Translations under genes and position numbers: made by a program
Notes under the pieces: model-generated
What the model saw: the letters and a program-made list of their open reading frames with translations, nothing else
Database searches by the model: none
What the model was told of the DNA's origin: nothing
Shown here: piece by piece, positions 25,248-34,019 of the stretch
How the letters are laid out: each line of letters starts with the position of its first letter
Numbering within the stretch: the first letter of the stretch is position 1
Source: a virus
Direction: 5' to 3' (one strand)
UHGV virus genome: UHGV-0111942
DNA: 43,478 nt

Positions 25248-25878
25248 TTCTCATTCCTTTCGCTTTTTCAAAAATTTCGGTTAAATAATCGACGGTCGAC
25301 ATTGCCTCGTCTTTCAAAGCCCCGCCGCCGCTCAGGCCTTTGGCCGTGTCTTCGCTCAAAGCGTTTCCGAGCTTCAAGCAAAGATCCATAAAGTTCCTGG
25401 TGCCGATTGCCGCTTCCATTGCACCGACCGCCTCTTCACCAAGACCAAGAACCGCTGCGCCCCGGCGCGCCAGTTCCTGATTTTTTACCAGCCCGTCGCC
25501 CTGTGCCTGCTGCCAGGCTTCCATCTCGGCTTTGGACCGTTCGTTCCACATTTTGGCCTGCTCTTCCTGCATGTCGTCCCAGGCCTTGACTAAACCGGCC
25601 GCCGCTTTCTGGCTCAGCCCGTTGTCAAAAAAAGCCTTTTGCATGGTGGCTGCAAAAGGCTTGTCCGCTTCGCGGAAACTGATTTCATACTTGTCCGGCG
25701 CTTCCGGACGGCCCAAACGGGAATAAAGTTCGTTCCATTCCTCCGGCTTGTCTTCTGCCGGAATATAAAACTTGTCGGCCGGCGCTGCGTTTTCCGCCCC
25801 GGCCTTATCAACCGCCGGTTCTGCAGTGTTGCTTTCCGCCGCCGGCTCATCCGGCAGCGTGTCAATATCTTCGCTCAT
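25240..25878 (-). CDS. Capsid scaffolding protein
   Basis: LYSRLGRPEAPDKYE, GLSQKAA and LGNALSED motifs. Confidence 0.85.
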   Translation of the reverse strand: MSEDIDTLPDEPAAESNTAEPAVDKAGAENAAPADKFYIPAEDKPEEWNELYSRLGRPEAPDKYEISFREADKPFAATMQKAFFDNGLSQKAAAGLVKAWDDMQEEQAKMWNERSKAEMEAWQQAQGDGLVKNQELARRGAAVLGLGEEAVGAMEAAIGTRNFMDLCLKLGNALSEDTAKGLSGGGALKDEAMSTVDYLTEIFEKAKGMRNG

Positions 25879-25889
25879 TCCTTTTCCTT

Positions 25890-26234
25890 TCAAATTTGCG
25901 TTAAATCATTAAACAAATCGTCTTCTCTTTTGGCCTCGGTCATGGCCGCCAGGTTAAACACCTCGGTTTCATCAACCGCCAGCCTTGAGATCAGCAGGTC
26001 ATAAACCCGGCGGCTGCCGGCCATATACGCCACCGCCGCCGCGTCAAAGCGTCCGTCCACGGAAAAAAGCAGCGACATTCCGCTCTCATTTAACCGCCGC
26101 CCTTTGGCACCGACCTCGTCCCTCAGCCATTCGAGAACAATTTTGGCATCCTCTTTCAATTTGCCGTCAGGATCAAAAAAAAGGCGCTTTAACGCCCGCA
26201 CCTGCTTATACTTTGCCCATAAATCAATTATCAT
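25890..26234 (-). CDS. Bbp19-like small head protein
   Basis: AKIVLEWL...AYMAGSRRVY; between portal and scaffold. Confidence 0.7.
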   Translation of the reverse strand: MIIDLWAKYKQVRALKRLFFDPDGKLKEDAKIVLEWLRDEVGAKGRRLNESGMSLLFSVDGRFDAAAVAYMAGSRRVYDLLISRLAVDETEVFNLAAMTEAKREDDLFNDLTQI

Positions 26235-27832
26235 ACACCAGCCTCCTTCAAATTCTTCATCGACTGCGACAGAACCGGCGCCGCCTGCAACAGCTGCTCG
26301 GCCTGCTGTTGTTGCGCCCTGGCCTCACCAAGCGCCTGAATTTGTTCCGGCGTCCGCAAAATCCGGCTCGGCACGCCTTTGTAGTTGGCTATAATGGTCA
26401 AGGCCTCGCCCATATCGATCCGGTCAAGCACCGTCGGATCCACCTGCGAGAGCGACATTGCGCTCTCCAACGTTTCAAACACGCCTTTAATCTCTCCCGC
26501 CTGCTGCATATGTACCAGCGGGCTTTCAAACTCAATCTGCAAACTGCCGTCCTCCATCAACTCGTCCGGCACTTCGTCCAAAAGCCCGTAGCTGCGGATA
26601 ATGTCAATCTCCCGTTCACAATTGCCGACCATCCATTCGGAATTGATCCTCTCGCCCATCGGCGCCAGCAGCATTGCCTTTTCCTGTTCGCGCAAACGGG
26701 CTTCCTCTGCCGTCATCTCCTTGGTTTGTGCCAAAGACAAGAAAAGCGGCTGCAAAAAGGCGTTGTGGATTGATTCCCGCACCTGATTTTGCAACTCCAG
26801 TGTTATCGACAGATTGTTGCCGTATTGCATCGGCGCCAAAAGCGGCCGCCCCTGAATATCAATTGCACCGGGAATTAACGCGCCGGCGGTACCGGCTCTG
26901 GCAGCGTTGGCAATATTAGCGGCGCTTAAAATCGGCGGATCGCTCTGCAGTTCCCCGGTCCGAAGCACGGTTTTGCTCATTTTATTGATGGTTAAAATAT
27001 CGAAAAAGGCCTGCAATGCCGGACTGTCGCCGTATGCCGACCCGGGGATCCCCAGATAGTGAGGCACCATATAAGGCTGTGTACGGTAGCCGCTCTCATA
27101 GATCAATTCTCCACCCTCGTCGTCCAGATTAATGTGATACGACACAAAAGGCATTCCCGAATAATCCTGCCGCAAAGGCTTCCGATCCTCACGCGGCTCC
27201 ACCACATGCAACAGCCGGACATTGCTGTCCGGCTGCTTTTCAAATCGTTCCTTCATCTTTGCCGTCGCCCGGCTGCCAAATTCCTTAATCGCCTGCCTCA
27301 GCGACATTTCATATTCCCGATAAACCGTATCCACCCGGTTAAAACGGTTCACGTCACAATAGATTTCGGCCATCAAAATCGTGCGGTAAGAAATGCCGCG
27401 GCCGACGTTGTCTTCAACCAGCCACGGAGATTGTCCGTACAATCCCAGCTGCGTCAGCATCATATCCGCCTCGCTTGAAAAGCTGGATCCGGCGGCATAA
27501 CGAAACTTAAACAGCAGATTGTTGACATATTCCAAGAAACGCCGAACGGCATCATTGTCGTCCAGCCCCGGCCTGCTGGCTTTGATCCGGTGATAACGCT
27601 GATTGCTCGGCACCAGAATTGACTTTAATGCCGCGGCAAAACGGGTAAGATCGGAACGGGCTGTCGTATCAAACACTTTTTGTACAAAGCGTCCCTTATC
27701 GTCTTTAATATAGATTCTGGAATTAATCGAACACAGTTCGGCCGCCTTGTCCCAGTACGGCTCCCAGAATTTGCGTTTGTCTTTCAGCGCCGACAGCCTT
27801 TTCAAGGCATATTTCACCCGTTCTTCCGTCAT
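26231..27832 (-). CDS. Portal (head-to-tail connector)
   Basis: VDTVYRE, ESGY...PY, YGDSP, MTAEEARLREQEK..LL.P and IEFESPL motifs. Confidence 0.92.
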   Translation of the reverse strand: MTEERVKYALKRLSALKDKRKFWEPYWDKAAELCSINSRIYIKDDKGRFVQKVFDTTARSDLTRFAAALKSILVPSNQRYHRIKASRPGLDDNDAVRRFLEYVNNLLFKFRYAAGSSFSSEADMMLTQLGLYGQSPWLVEDNVGRGISYRTILMAEIYCDVNRFNRVDTVYREYEMSLRQAIKEFGSRATAKMKERFEKQPDSNVRLLHVVEPREDRKPLRQDYSGMPFVSYHINLDDEGGELIYESGYRTQPYMVPHYLGIPGSAYGDSPALQAFFDILTINKMSKTVLRTGELQSDPPILSAANIANAARAGTAGALIPGAIDIQGRPLLAPMQYGNNLSITLELQNQVRESIHNAFLQPLFLSLAQTKEMTAEEARLREQEKAMLLAPMGERINSEWMVGNCEREIDIIRSYGLLDEVPDELMEDGSLQIEFESPLVHMQQAGEIKGVFETLESAMSLSQVDPTVLDRIDMGEALTIIANYKGVPSRILRTPEQIQALGEARAQQQQAEQLLQAAPVLSQSMKNLKEAGV

Positions 27833-27835
27833 GCC

Positions 27836-28036
27836 TCAAGCTCCCAGCGTGGTTTTGGTCGTGGTTATGCCGCCGGTCGTCGTCTGTCCCGACAAAAACT
27901 GACTGGCCGCACCCTGACGGCGTCTCCGACGGCGTTCTTCTTCCTGCGTTTTGGCAGAATTGTCGATTACTTCGGGTTTTACCTCTTCCACCACCGTCGG
28001 CGCCACCTTCGGGCTGCCCCCAATAAGCGAACTCAT
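27836..28036 (-). CDS. Small pre-portal virion protein
   Basis: GGSPK...RRRRRRQGAAS...KTTLG pattern typical of this position. Confidence 0.7.
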   Translation of the reverse strand: MSSLIGGSPKVAPTVVEEVKPEVIDNSAKTQEEERRRRRRQGAASQFLSGQTTTGGITTTKTTLGA

Positions 28037-28059
28037 CTCTTTCTCCTGAAATTTGAAAA

Positions 28060-29394
28060 TTAAATATAAACGTTTCCGTCGACAAAACCGCCTGCTACAT
28101 CGTCAACATAAACGTTGCCGTCCACAAACTCAGCCTGCGCCGTTTGCAGCGAAGACGGATAAAACGCTTCGGCAAACGTCAACGCCAGCGCGTCGCCCAA
28201 ATCCGGCGAAAAGCCCAACCGCTTTTTGATTTTCTCCTTTTTCTCCAACATCAGCCGCCCGCGGTTGTCAAACTCCTTGTTAACTGCCGTCAGATCCTCC
28301 AGAATCCCCGGCATATCGGTAAGTGAAACACCGCTCTCGGTCTTCAGCCAGTCGTTCAAACGCCCCCACATCTCCGCCCGCCGGTTGGCATAACGCTCGG
28401 TGTCCTGCGCGTTTGATCCGAAGTTCACTTCCCGCACCACTTCCTGATAACCGCGGTCGATCAGCAAATCAATCACCCCGGCGCCGTTTTGTCCGGCATC
28501 AATATTAACCCGCACCGGCTTCTCTTCCCGAATAATCCGCACAATCAGGTTAGCCACCGCCACCGTGTCCAGATGTTTATAGGTCTGCATCTTGTAAGCC
28601 TGCCGGCCGCGGCGGCGGCAAATTGCCGTCCGGTCGTCGCCAAACCGCGCCACGTCCACTCCGACAACGAGCGGCAGCGTGTTGTTGGCGTTGTCAATCT
28701 TAAACGCCAGCGCCCGGTGAACGTCGGCACTCGAGATAAGCTTCAGCGTTCCCTGCGGCAGCGGATCCCCTTCCCAGACATGAAGATAACTTTCATAATC
28801 CTCACGCCTGCATTTCTCGGCCTGCTGCTTTAACTCTCGCGGACAAAAAGGATTGTCATAATAATTGACTTTGCGCACCAGCGTCCGTTCGTCCGGGTTA
28901 GCGGCCAGCGCAACCCACAAAGCGTCGGTCTCCTCTTCCCTGTTCATCGAAATCCAGATTTCCGATCCGTCTTTACGGATGGTCGGATTCAAAATATCCC
29001 AGCTTTTGCGGGTAATCGTCTGACCTTCCTCGATCCAGCAATAATCTACGCCTTCCAGCGACTTGATGTTCTGGCTGTTTTGGTCGCGCAAACCTTTGAA
29101 AATAAACCGGCTGCCGGTTTTAACGTTGTCGATCCGGTCTTCATAAAACCGGTAACCGGGCAGTTGATACAATTCAATTCGCTCTTTCAGCAGCTTGTGA
29201 ACGGAATCCTTGATCGAATCCTGAATTTCGCGCAAACAGGCGACAAATATTTTCTTTTGCGCCCCCAAAAGCGCCAGGCTGTCGGCAAAAGCATAAGACT
29301 TGCCGCCGCCGCGCCCGCCATAATAAAACTTGTAACGCCATCTCTCAGTCAACAGCGGCGCAAAAGCTTCAGGTATTTGCATGTCCGCCATCAT
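28060..29394 (-). CDS. terL: Terminase large subunit (PBSX/P22-like)
   Basis: Walker A GGRGGGKS, WIEEG, GVDVARFGDD, SPDLGDALAL. Confidence 0.95.
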   Translation of the reverse strand: MMADMQIPEAFAPLLTERWRYKFYYGGRGGGKSYAFADSLALLGAQKKIFVACLREIQDSIKDSVHKLLKERIELYQLPGYRFYEDRIDNVKTGSRFIFKGLRDQNSQNIKSLEGVDYCWIEEGQTITRKSWDILNPTIRKDGSEIWISMNREEETDALWVALAANPDERTLVRKVNYYDNPFCPRELKQQAEKCRREDYESYLHVWEGDPLPQGTLKLISSADVHRALAFKIDNANNTLPLVVGVDVARFGDDRTAICRRRGRQAYKMQTYKHLDTVAVANLIVRIIREEKPVRVNIDAGQNGAGVIDLLIDRGYQEVVREVNFGSNAQDTERYANRRAEMWGRLNDWLKTESGVSLTDMPGILEDLTAVNKEFDNRGRLMLEKKEKIKKRLGFSPDLGDALALTFAEAFYPSSLQTAQAEFVDGNVYVDDVAGGFVDGNVYI

Positions 29395-29881
29395 TACCGC
29401 CGCTTTCCTGCTTTTCCTCTTCCGCCCCGCCGGCCATATTCACAAACCGAACCATCACCCCGCCGACCTCGCCGCTCAGATTAATGTCTCTATCATCATT
29501 CCAACTGCTGGTTTTCCAGTTTTTCATATTTTTAAGAATAAACTCGGCCTTGTTACCGGGCTTTCCTTCCGCCGCCTGCCTTACCCAAAACTCCTCGACA
29601 ATTGCTTCATACTGGTTTACGATATTTTCAAAGCCTCTTTTTTTCCCATATGCGTAAAAAGTCGTTTTTCGTATCCCGCAAAAAACGCAAAAGGCCTCCA
29701 AGGTCGTCGGCGCCGGAACATTAACTCGCAAAACCTCGCTCTTACCCGGAAACTCCACAATTCGATTCAGACTGTGCTCAAGAAAATCATAAATCTTCTC
29801 TGCCAATTCCTCGGGCGTTTTAAATTTAGGAGGCCGCCCGCCCAGCGGATATTTTGCTTTTATTTCCTCTTTTGTCAGCAT
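29369..29881 (-). CDS. terS: Terminase small subunit
   Basis: GRPPKFKTPEEL, PTTLEAFCVFCGI..TF..Y, FILKN. Confidence 0.85.
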   Translation of the reverse strand: MLTKEEIKAKYPLGGRPPKFKTPEELAEKIYDFLEHSLNRIVEFPGKSEVLRVNVPAPTTLEAFCVFCGIRKTTFYAYGKKRGFENIVNQYEAIVEEFWVRQAAEGKPGNKAEFILKNMKNWKTSSWNDDRDINLSGEVGGVMVRFVNMAGGAEEEKQESGGNDGGHANT

Positions 29882-30020
29882 TTTTACCCTCAAACTGCCT
29901 CGTTAAAGCCCCATATTTAACCACCCGCAAGCCCTTATTTTTCAAGGCCTTGCGCTTATATTTTTCTCTCGCGCGCGTATTTTCGAGTAAGAAAACTACC
30001 CCACGTTGACGTTTCCACGC

Positions 30021-30057
30021 AAAAACCCCGGAAAGCTTAAGCTTTTCCGGGGTTTCC
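30021..30057 (-). terminator. Terminator just downstream of the putative late promoter
   Basis: AAACCCCGGAAA/TTTCCGGGGTTT stem plus a T-run. Confidence 0.7.
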
Positions 30058-30107
30058 AACAATTTTTTAAGCGAGAAATATCTGAACCCATTTGTTCATC
30101 ATATAAA

Positions 30108-30170
30108 AATTATAGCGCAAAACCGCAAAAAATGTCCAATACAAAAATGTTTAAACATGTTTAAACATTT
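30108..30170 (-). promoter_or_regulatory. Putative late promoter with an upstream 26-bp palindrome
   Basis: TGGACA-18-TATAAT; AAATGTTTAAACATGTTTAAACATTT at 30145-30170. Confidence 0.6.
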
Positions 30171-30242
30171 GCTGTGGATAACTTTTCCTTGAAAAAAAGC
30201 TTAAGAAAGTGTTATAAAGAAACAATATTAAGGAGATTAAAT

Positions 30243-30644
30243 ATGCTCAACTATCATCCCCTACGTGGTGCAGTACTTATTTGTGATTATAAAGGGTTTA
30301 TCATACCCGAAATGGTAAAATCACGTCCGGTAATAGTTATTTCTCCTCGTTTCAGGACAAGAAGCAACTTATGTTCCGTTGTTCCCTTGAGCACAACAAA
30401 ACCAGAATACCTTATGGACTACCATATGGAAATAGAATTACCTGCCCGTCTTCCTAAACCGTTTGACTGCAAAACCCACTGGGTAAAGGCAGATATGATC
30501 AATACAGTCTGCTTTGACAGACTATCTCCTATCAAATTAGGAAAAGATCAGTTTGGTAAAAGAAAATACCTAAATTGCGTCATATCTAATGAACAAATGG
30601 AAAAATTGCTTATTGCTGTTAAAAACGGTTTAGGCATAAAATAA
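30243..30644 (+). CDS. PemK/MazF-family endoribonuclease toxin (YifN-like), no protein antitoxin adjacent
   Basis: PEMVKSRPVIVIS, VVPLST, W.KADMINTVCFDRL; own promoter (TTGAAA..TGnTATAAA) and AAGGAG RBS. Confidence 0.85.
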   Translation: MLNYHPLRGAVLICDYKGFIIPEMVKSRPVIVISPRFRTRSNLCSVVPLSTTKPEYLMDYHMEIELPARLPKPFDCKTHWVKADMINTVCFDRLSPIKLGKDQFGKRKYLNCVISNEQMEKLLIAVKNGLGIK

Positions 30645-30792
30645 AAGGACTCACGTATTATACCTGAGTCCTTTTGTCCACGCTATGTAAAAATTGTCAT
30701 CTTCATCTACATAGCGACCCGGCATACCTGTTGCCAGGTTTTCAAAGCCCGATACTCACGTAGAGCGGGATAGGCAAGTTTCCCTTGCCTAT
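30643..30792 (-). ncRNA. Structured ~150-nt RNA convergent with the PemK gene
   Basis: TTGACA(30825)-17-TATATT promoter; four hairpins including CCTG-GCAA-CAGG; ends in a bidirectional terminator at 30643-30675. Confidence 0.65.
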
Positions 30793-30843
30793 TTTTAATA
30801 TATACTAAATTAAGTATTCTGTCAACATCATATAAAACGTTTT

Positions 30844-31254
30844 TCACAAATTCGGAAACACCGTCCAAAGTCCGTGGTCTTTGGCGTTCATCAACACTTT
30901 CAGCATGCCGCGCTGGTAGTCGGCGGACAGCGTCGTCCTTGAGGTTCCGTCAATTTTGAACTCCGCGTCCAAAACATGCATCAACGTCTTAAAGCCCATG
31001 CCTCCCGCACGGAAAAACACCACCAGCTTTTCCCGCCGCGACAGTCCGCCAAACCAGTTGTCCATCACCGTTCTCGCATCGTCACAGTCACGGTTGTCAG
31101 CGGCAATCATATCATCGGCATCACTTGCCCACAGGTGCGACGGAATCATCAGCCCCAACGCGCAGACAAACCCGCTCGGTCCCGGACGGCTCTCCAGCCG
31201 GTGAATCTCCACCGCCCTCTCCAGTTTCCTTTTGCAAAGCTCCATTTCCGTCAT
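30844..31254 (-). CDS. Putative late transcription regulator (Q/antiterminator position)
   Basis: C-terminal HTH-like region; last early gene before the late promoter. Confidence 0.5.
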   Translation of the reverse strand: MTEMELCKRKLERAVEIHRLESRPGPSGFVCALGLMIPSHLWASDADDMIAADNRDCDDARTVMDNWFGGLSRREKLVVFFRAGGMGFKTLMHVLDAEFKIDGTSRTTLSADYQRGMLKVLMNAKDHGLWTVFPNL

Positions 31255-31635
31255 TTATGCCTCCGCAATTCTGATACAGCAGTTTTTATAATCCGGGACT
31301 TTCTTAAAAGTCCGCCGACGCCGACTGTTTTTTCGCCGATCGGAATAATCCCGAGGAGTAACGCCGGCGTCAAGACAGACAAGCGCCGCCAGTTCTTTGA
31401 TCCGCGGCAGTGCTTCACGGGTTGCTCGAATAACCGTTGCCGGGTTGCGTCCGAAACTGCACCCGATTTTCACCGTCGAAAACCCGGCCATCCGCAAAGC
31501 GCAATAAAACACAATTCTGGCGGTGACGGCCTCAAACTTCCGGCTTCTCCCGCAAACAACCTCATCCGGCACCCCGGTCTTAAAGACAACCTGTTCAAGC
31601 AAATTGTTCCATAAAAAAACCTTAGCTTCCGTCAT
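31255..31635 (-). CDS. DnaA C-terminal-like HTH protein
   Basis: GRSRKFEAVTARIVFY...STVKIGCSFGRNPATVI. Confidence 0.7.
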   Translation of the reverse strand: MTEAKVFLWNNLLEQVVFKTGVPDEVVCGRSRKFEAVTARIVFYCALRMAGFSTVKIGCSFGRNPATVIRATREALPRIKELAALVCLDAGVTPRDYSDRRKNSRRRRTFKKVPDYKNCCIRIAEA

Positions 31636-32950
31636 CTGCTCCTCCTTGTTTCAACCGCGCCCGCCGCAACAGCTCTGCCGACAGGCTCTCCGTCCGCCCT
31701 TGATTTTCGGCAAACCTGAAAATCAGTCTTCGGATCCACCATTTCTCAACCGAACGGCCCGTTTTCCACGCCTTCAGCTTGTCCTCAACCCCGCGGATCA
31801 GAAAATCATCCAAGAAATTCAAATCCGCAATCTTCGGGTCCAGAAAATCAAGCCGAAAATCCGGCAAGATCACCACTTCATCGCCATCCGGCCAGCGCTT
31901 TGGCGGTTGGTCTTTGTCCCGTTCGCCGCCGCGCACATGAACACTTGCCGAGCTTTCTCCTTCCCCCGCGCCGGGGGAAGGCCGGGTTGGGGGCCGCTTA
32001 TTGCCGCCTTCAGGCGGAACATTGCCGGTTTCCGGCATCTCCCTGCCCTCCACCGGCAGTCCGTCTGCCGGCGTTTTCCATTGCCCTTTGCCCATTGCCG
32101 CCAAAGCGTCCGGCTTTGGCTTCCCGGCGCTCTCCGCCGCCGGATCCGCATCAGGCGGATCCGGCTTATTGCCGGCGTCCAAACGCCGGTTACTGCCCTC
32201 CGCCGGCACGGCGGCAGGGTTATTGCCCGTCAGGCCGTCTGACGGGTGATTGTCCGGAGGATTATCCACAACCGGCCTGTGAATAACTTGTTTTCCCCCA
32301 TACCCCCTTTCCTCAATAACAACCGAGTGTTTAACGAGGTTGTTATTTAAACCAATAACCCCATGCGATCGCATACTTTCGCTCAAACCATTGCTGGATA
32401 AGGCTTCATCGACAGTCTTCGTCACCGCTTTCATCATCGTTTCGTCACCGTTCGACAGCTCTTCGTCATCCATAAAATCAGACGAAACGCCCATGTTATC
32501 CACAACCGCCTCTTCTTTTTTGGCAACCCTTTCGTTCCTTCCGGCAGCGGTGGCGTCATCTTTGTCGTTACCTACCAACTCCGAACAATCTACTTCCTTA
32601 ATCCGTCCTTTTTTGGCGGCATAAGCTTCCCGCCGACGACGGTTTCTTTCGTCGGCCCCTCTTCGTTTCTCCCAACCGGAAGAAGCGTTCCAACTGTTGG
32701 CTAAAACCTTCTGTAGATATCGTGAATTATATTCTGTGATGGTTTTATAAACCATTTTGAAAGCCACCTTCGCCACCGGCGACAAATCAGAAATGTCAAA
32801 CCCTTCGCCGGTTTGATGGATTTCCCAATATCTGGCGTAATCGTCAATAGCGCATATCACTTCGCAAAAGACCTCCGGCGGGAAATCCCCCAGCAGGGCA
32901 TCCCGCACGGTTCTCGGTACCATGAACGCATCTCTGATCAATTCCGCCAT
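31622..32950 (-). CDS. Replication initiator-like protein (DUF6291-like N-terminus)
   Basis: N-terminal helical domain, NASSGWEK motif, long low-complexity linker containing DnaA boxes. Confidence 0.6.
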   Translation of the reverse strand: MAELIRDAFMVPRTVRDALLGDFPPEVFCEVICAIDDYARYWEIHQTGEGFDISDLSPVAKVAFKMVYKTITEYNSRYLQKVLANSWNASSGWEKRRGADERNRRRREAYAAKKGRIKEVDCSELVGNDKDDATAAGRNERVAKKEEAVVDNMGVSSDFMDDEELSNGDETMMKAVTKTVDEALSSNGLSESMRSHGVIGLNNNLVKHSVVIEERGYGGKQVIHRPVVDNPPDNHPSDGLTGNNPAAVPAEGSNRRLDAGNKPDPPDADPAAESAGKPKPDALAAMGKGQWKTPADGLPVEGREMPETGNVPPEGGNKRPPTRPSPGAGEGESSASVHVRGGERDKDQPPKRWPDGDEVVILPDFRLDFLDPKIADLNFLDDFLIRGVEDKLKAWKTGRSVEKWWIRRLIFRFAENQGRTESLSAELLRRARLKQGGADDGS

Positions 32951-32957
32951 TGTTTTA

Positions 32958-33212
32958 TTACCGCTTTTGCTTGCCTTTGTTCAGAAAATATCTTTTATTG
33001 CTTTCGGCCAAGTCGCGTTTTATATGGTTCCATACGATCCGTGCAGCGGTGGACATTTCAGGCAGTTCAAAACCGTCGTCCGTCTCCCACTCATCCCAAT
33101 ACCGGCAATAATCCCGCACCAACGTCATCACTTCGGCCATAACAGACAGCGGGATATCTTCCAGCATATCCATAATATCAACCAGTGGCACTTCATAAAA
33201 TTCTCTCGTCAT
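32958..33212 (-). CDS. Small paralogue of the initiator N-terminal domain
   Basis: RDYCRYW...GFELPEMS..A versus DDYARYW...GFDISDLS..A. Confidence 0.7.
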   Translation of the reverse strand: MTREFYEVPLVDIMDMLEDIPLSVMAEVMTLVRDYCRYWDEWETDDGFELPEMSTAARIVWNHIKRDLAESNKRYFLNKGKQKR

Positions 33213-33226
33213 ATCTCATCCTTCCT

Positions 33227-33871
33227 TCAATAATTTTTTACAAGCGACAAAATATCCGCCAAAAATTTTTCTTTGTCAGCAAATGCACGAAAATAACGCT
33301 CGCCCGTACGAACTTCTTCTATAGAATACCTCGCACCGCCTTGTCTCTCATATTTCAATACCCGAAAGACACAGCCGTCTAAAGCATCCGAACGATGGTA
33401 ACCGGAAACATTTTTCACAACCTTCTTCGACCGTTTGAGCGCTGGCGAGATTATCCGTTTCTTCGGCGGACACACCTTTTCAAACCGTACAAAACCACTT
33501 TTTGGCTCTGCCCGCATCGTCGTTTCATCAATAAAAATCACTTTACCGTTTTTATAATCGGGAATCGCCTTCTTTAACGATTGCGGTTGTAACACCGATT
33601 GTCGGACACGACTCTTTTGTGTTGTCAGCGACGGACGACCGCGACGACGCACTTTTATTGATTTATTACAGTCGGATCCATCATCGGCAGAAGTATCTTG
33701 TTTTCCTTTTTTTTTATTCCGAGATTTAACGTAACGTTCCCTTGCTCTCTCCTTGTCACAGACTTTACAATAATAACACAAGCCGTCACGGCTTTGTTTG
33801 TTGCGGGAAAAGTCTTCCACCGGTTTCAATTCCTTGCACCTTGCGCATCTTTTCAAAAATTGCTCAGTCAT
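33227..33871 (-). CDS. Zn-ribbon (HNH-associated type) protein
   Basis: CARCKELKP..F.R....DGL...CKVC. Confidence 0.7.
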   Translation of the reverse strand: MTEQFLKRCARCKELKPVEDFSRNKQSRDGLCYYCKVCDKERARERYVKSRNKKKGKQDTSADDGSDCNKSIKVRRRGRPSLTTQKSRVRQSVLQPQSLKKAIPDYKNGKVIFIDETTMRAEPKSGFVRFEKVCPPKKRIISPALKRSKKVVKNVSGYHRSDALDGCVFRVLKYERQGGARYSIEEVRTGERYFRAFADKEKFLADILSLVKNY

Positions 33872-34019
33872 AATTTCTCCCTTAAAAAATTGTCCGGCTT
33901 GCCTGATTTTCACTCTCAATATGCGGCCTCTAAAAACCGTTTCCCCTCGAGTTTGCGCCATCGCTCGGATCAGGCATCACGACAGACGGCCGGCCGCCTG
34001 CTAGGAAATAGGGGAAATC

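Noticed and set aside
8961..29920. Many plus-strand ORFs opposite the structural genes (e.g. 20857-21720, 23401-24330, 25985-26773)
   Set aside because: Antisense shadows of long minus-strand genes, with no recognisable motifs.
29826..30242. ORF 29826-30062 or the extended 30174 start as a PemK antitoxin
   Set aside because: These overlap promoter and terminator elements and lack antitoxin features; the PemK RBS supports a start at 30243.
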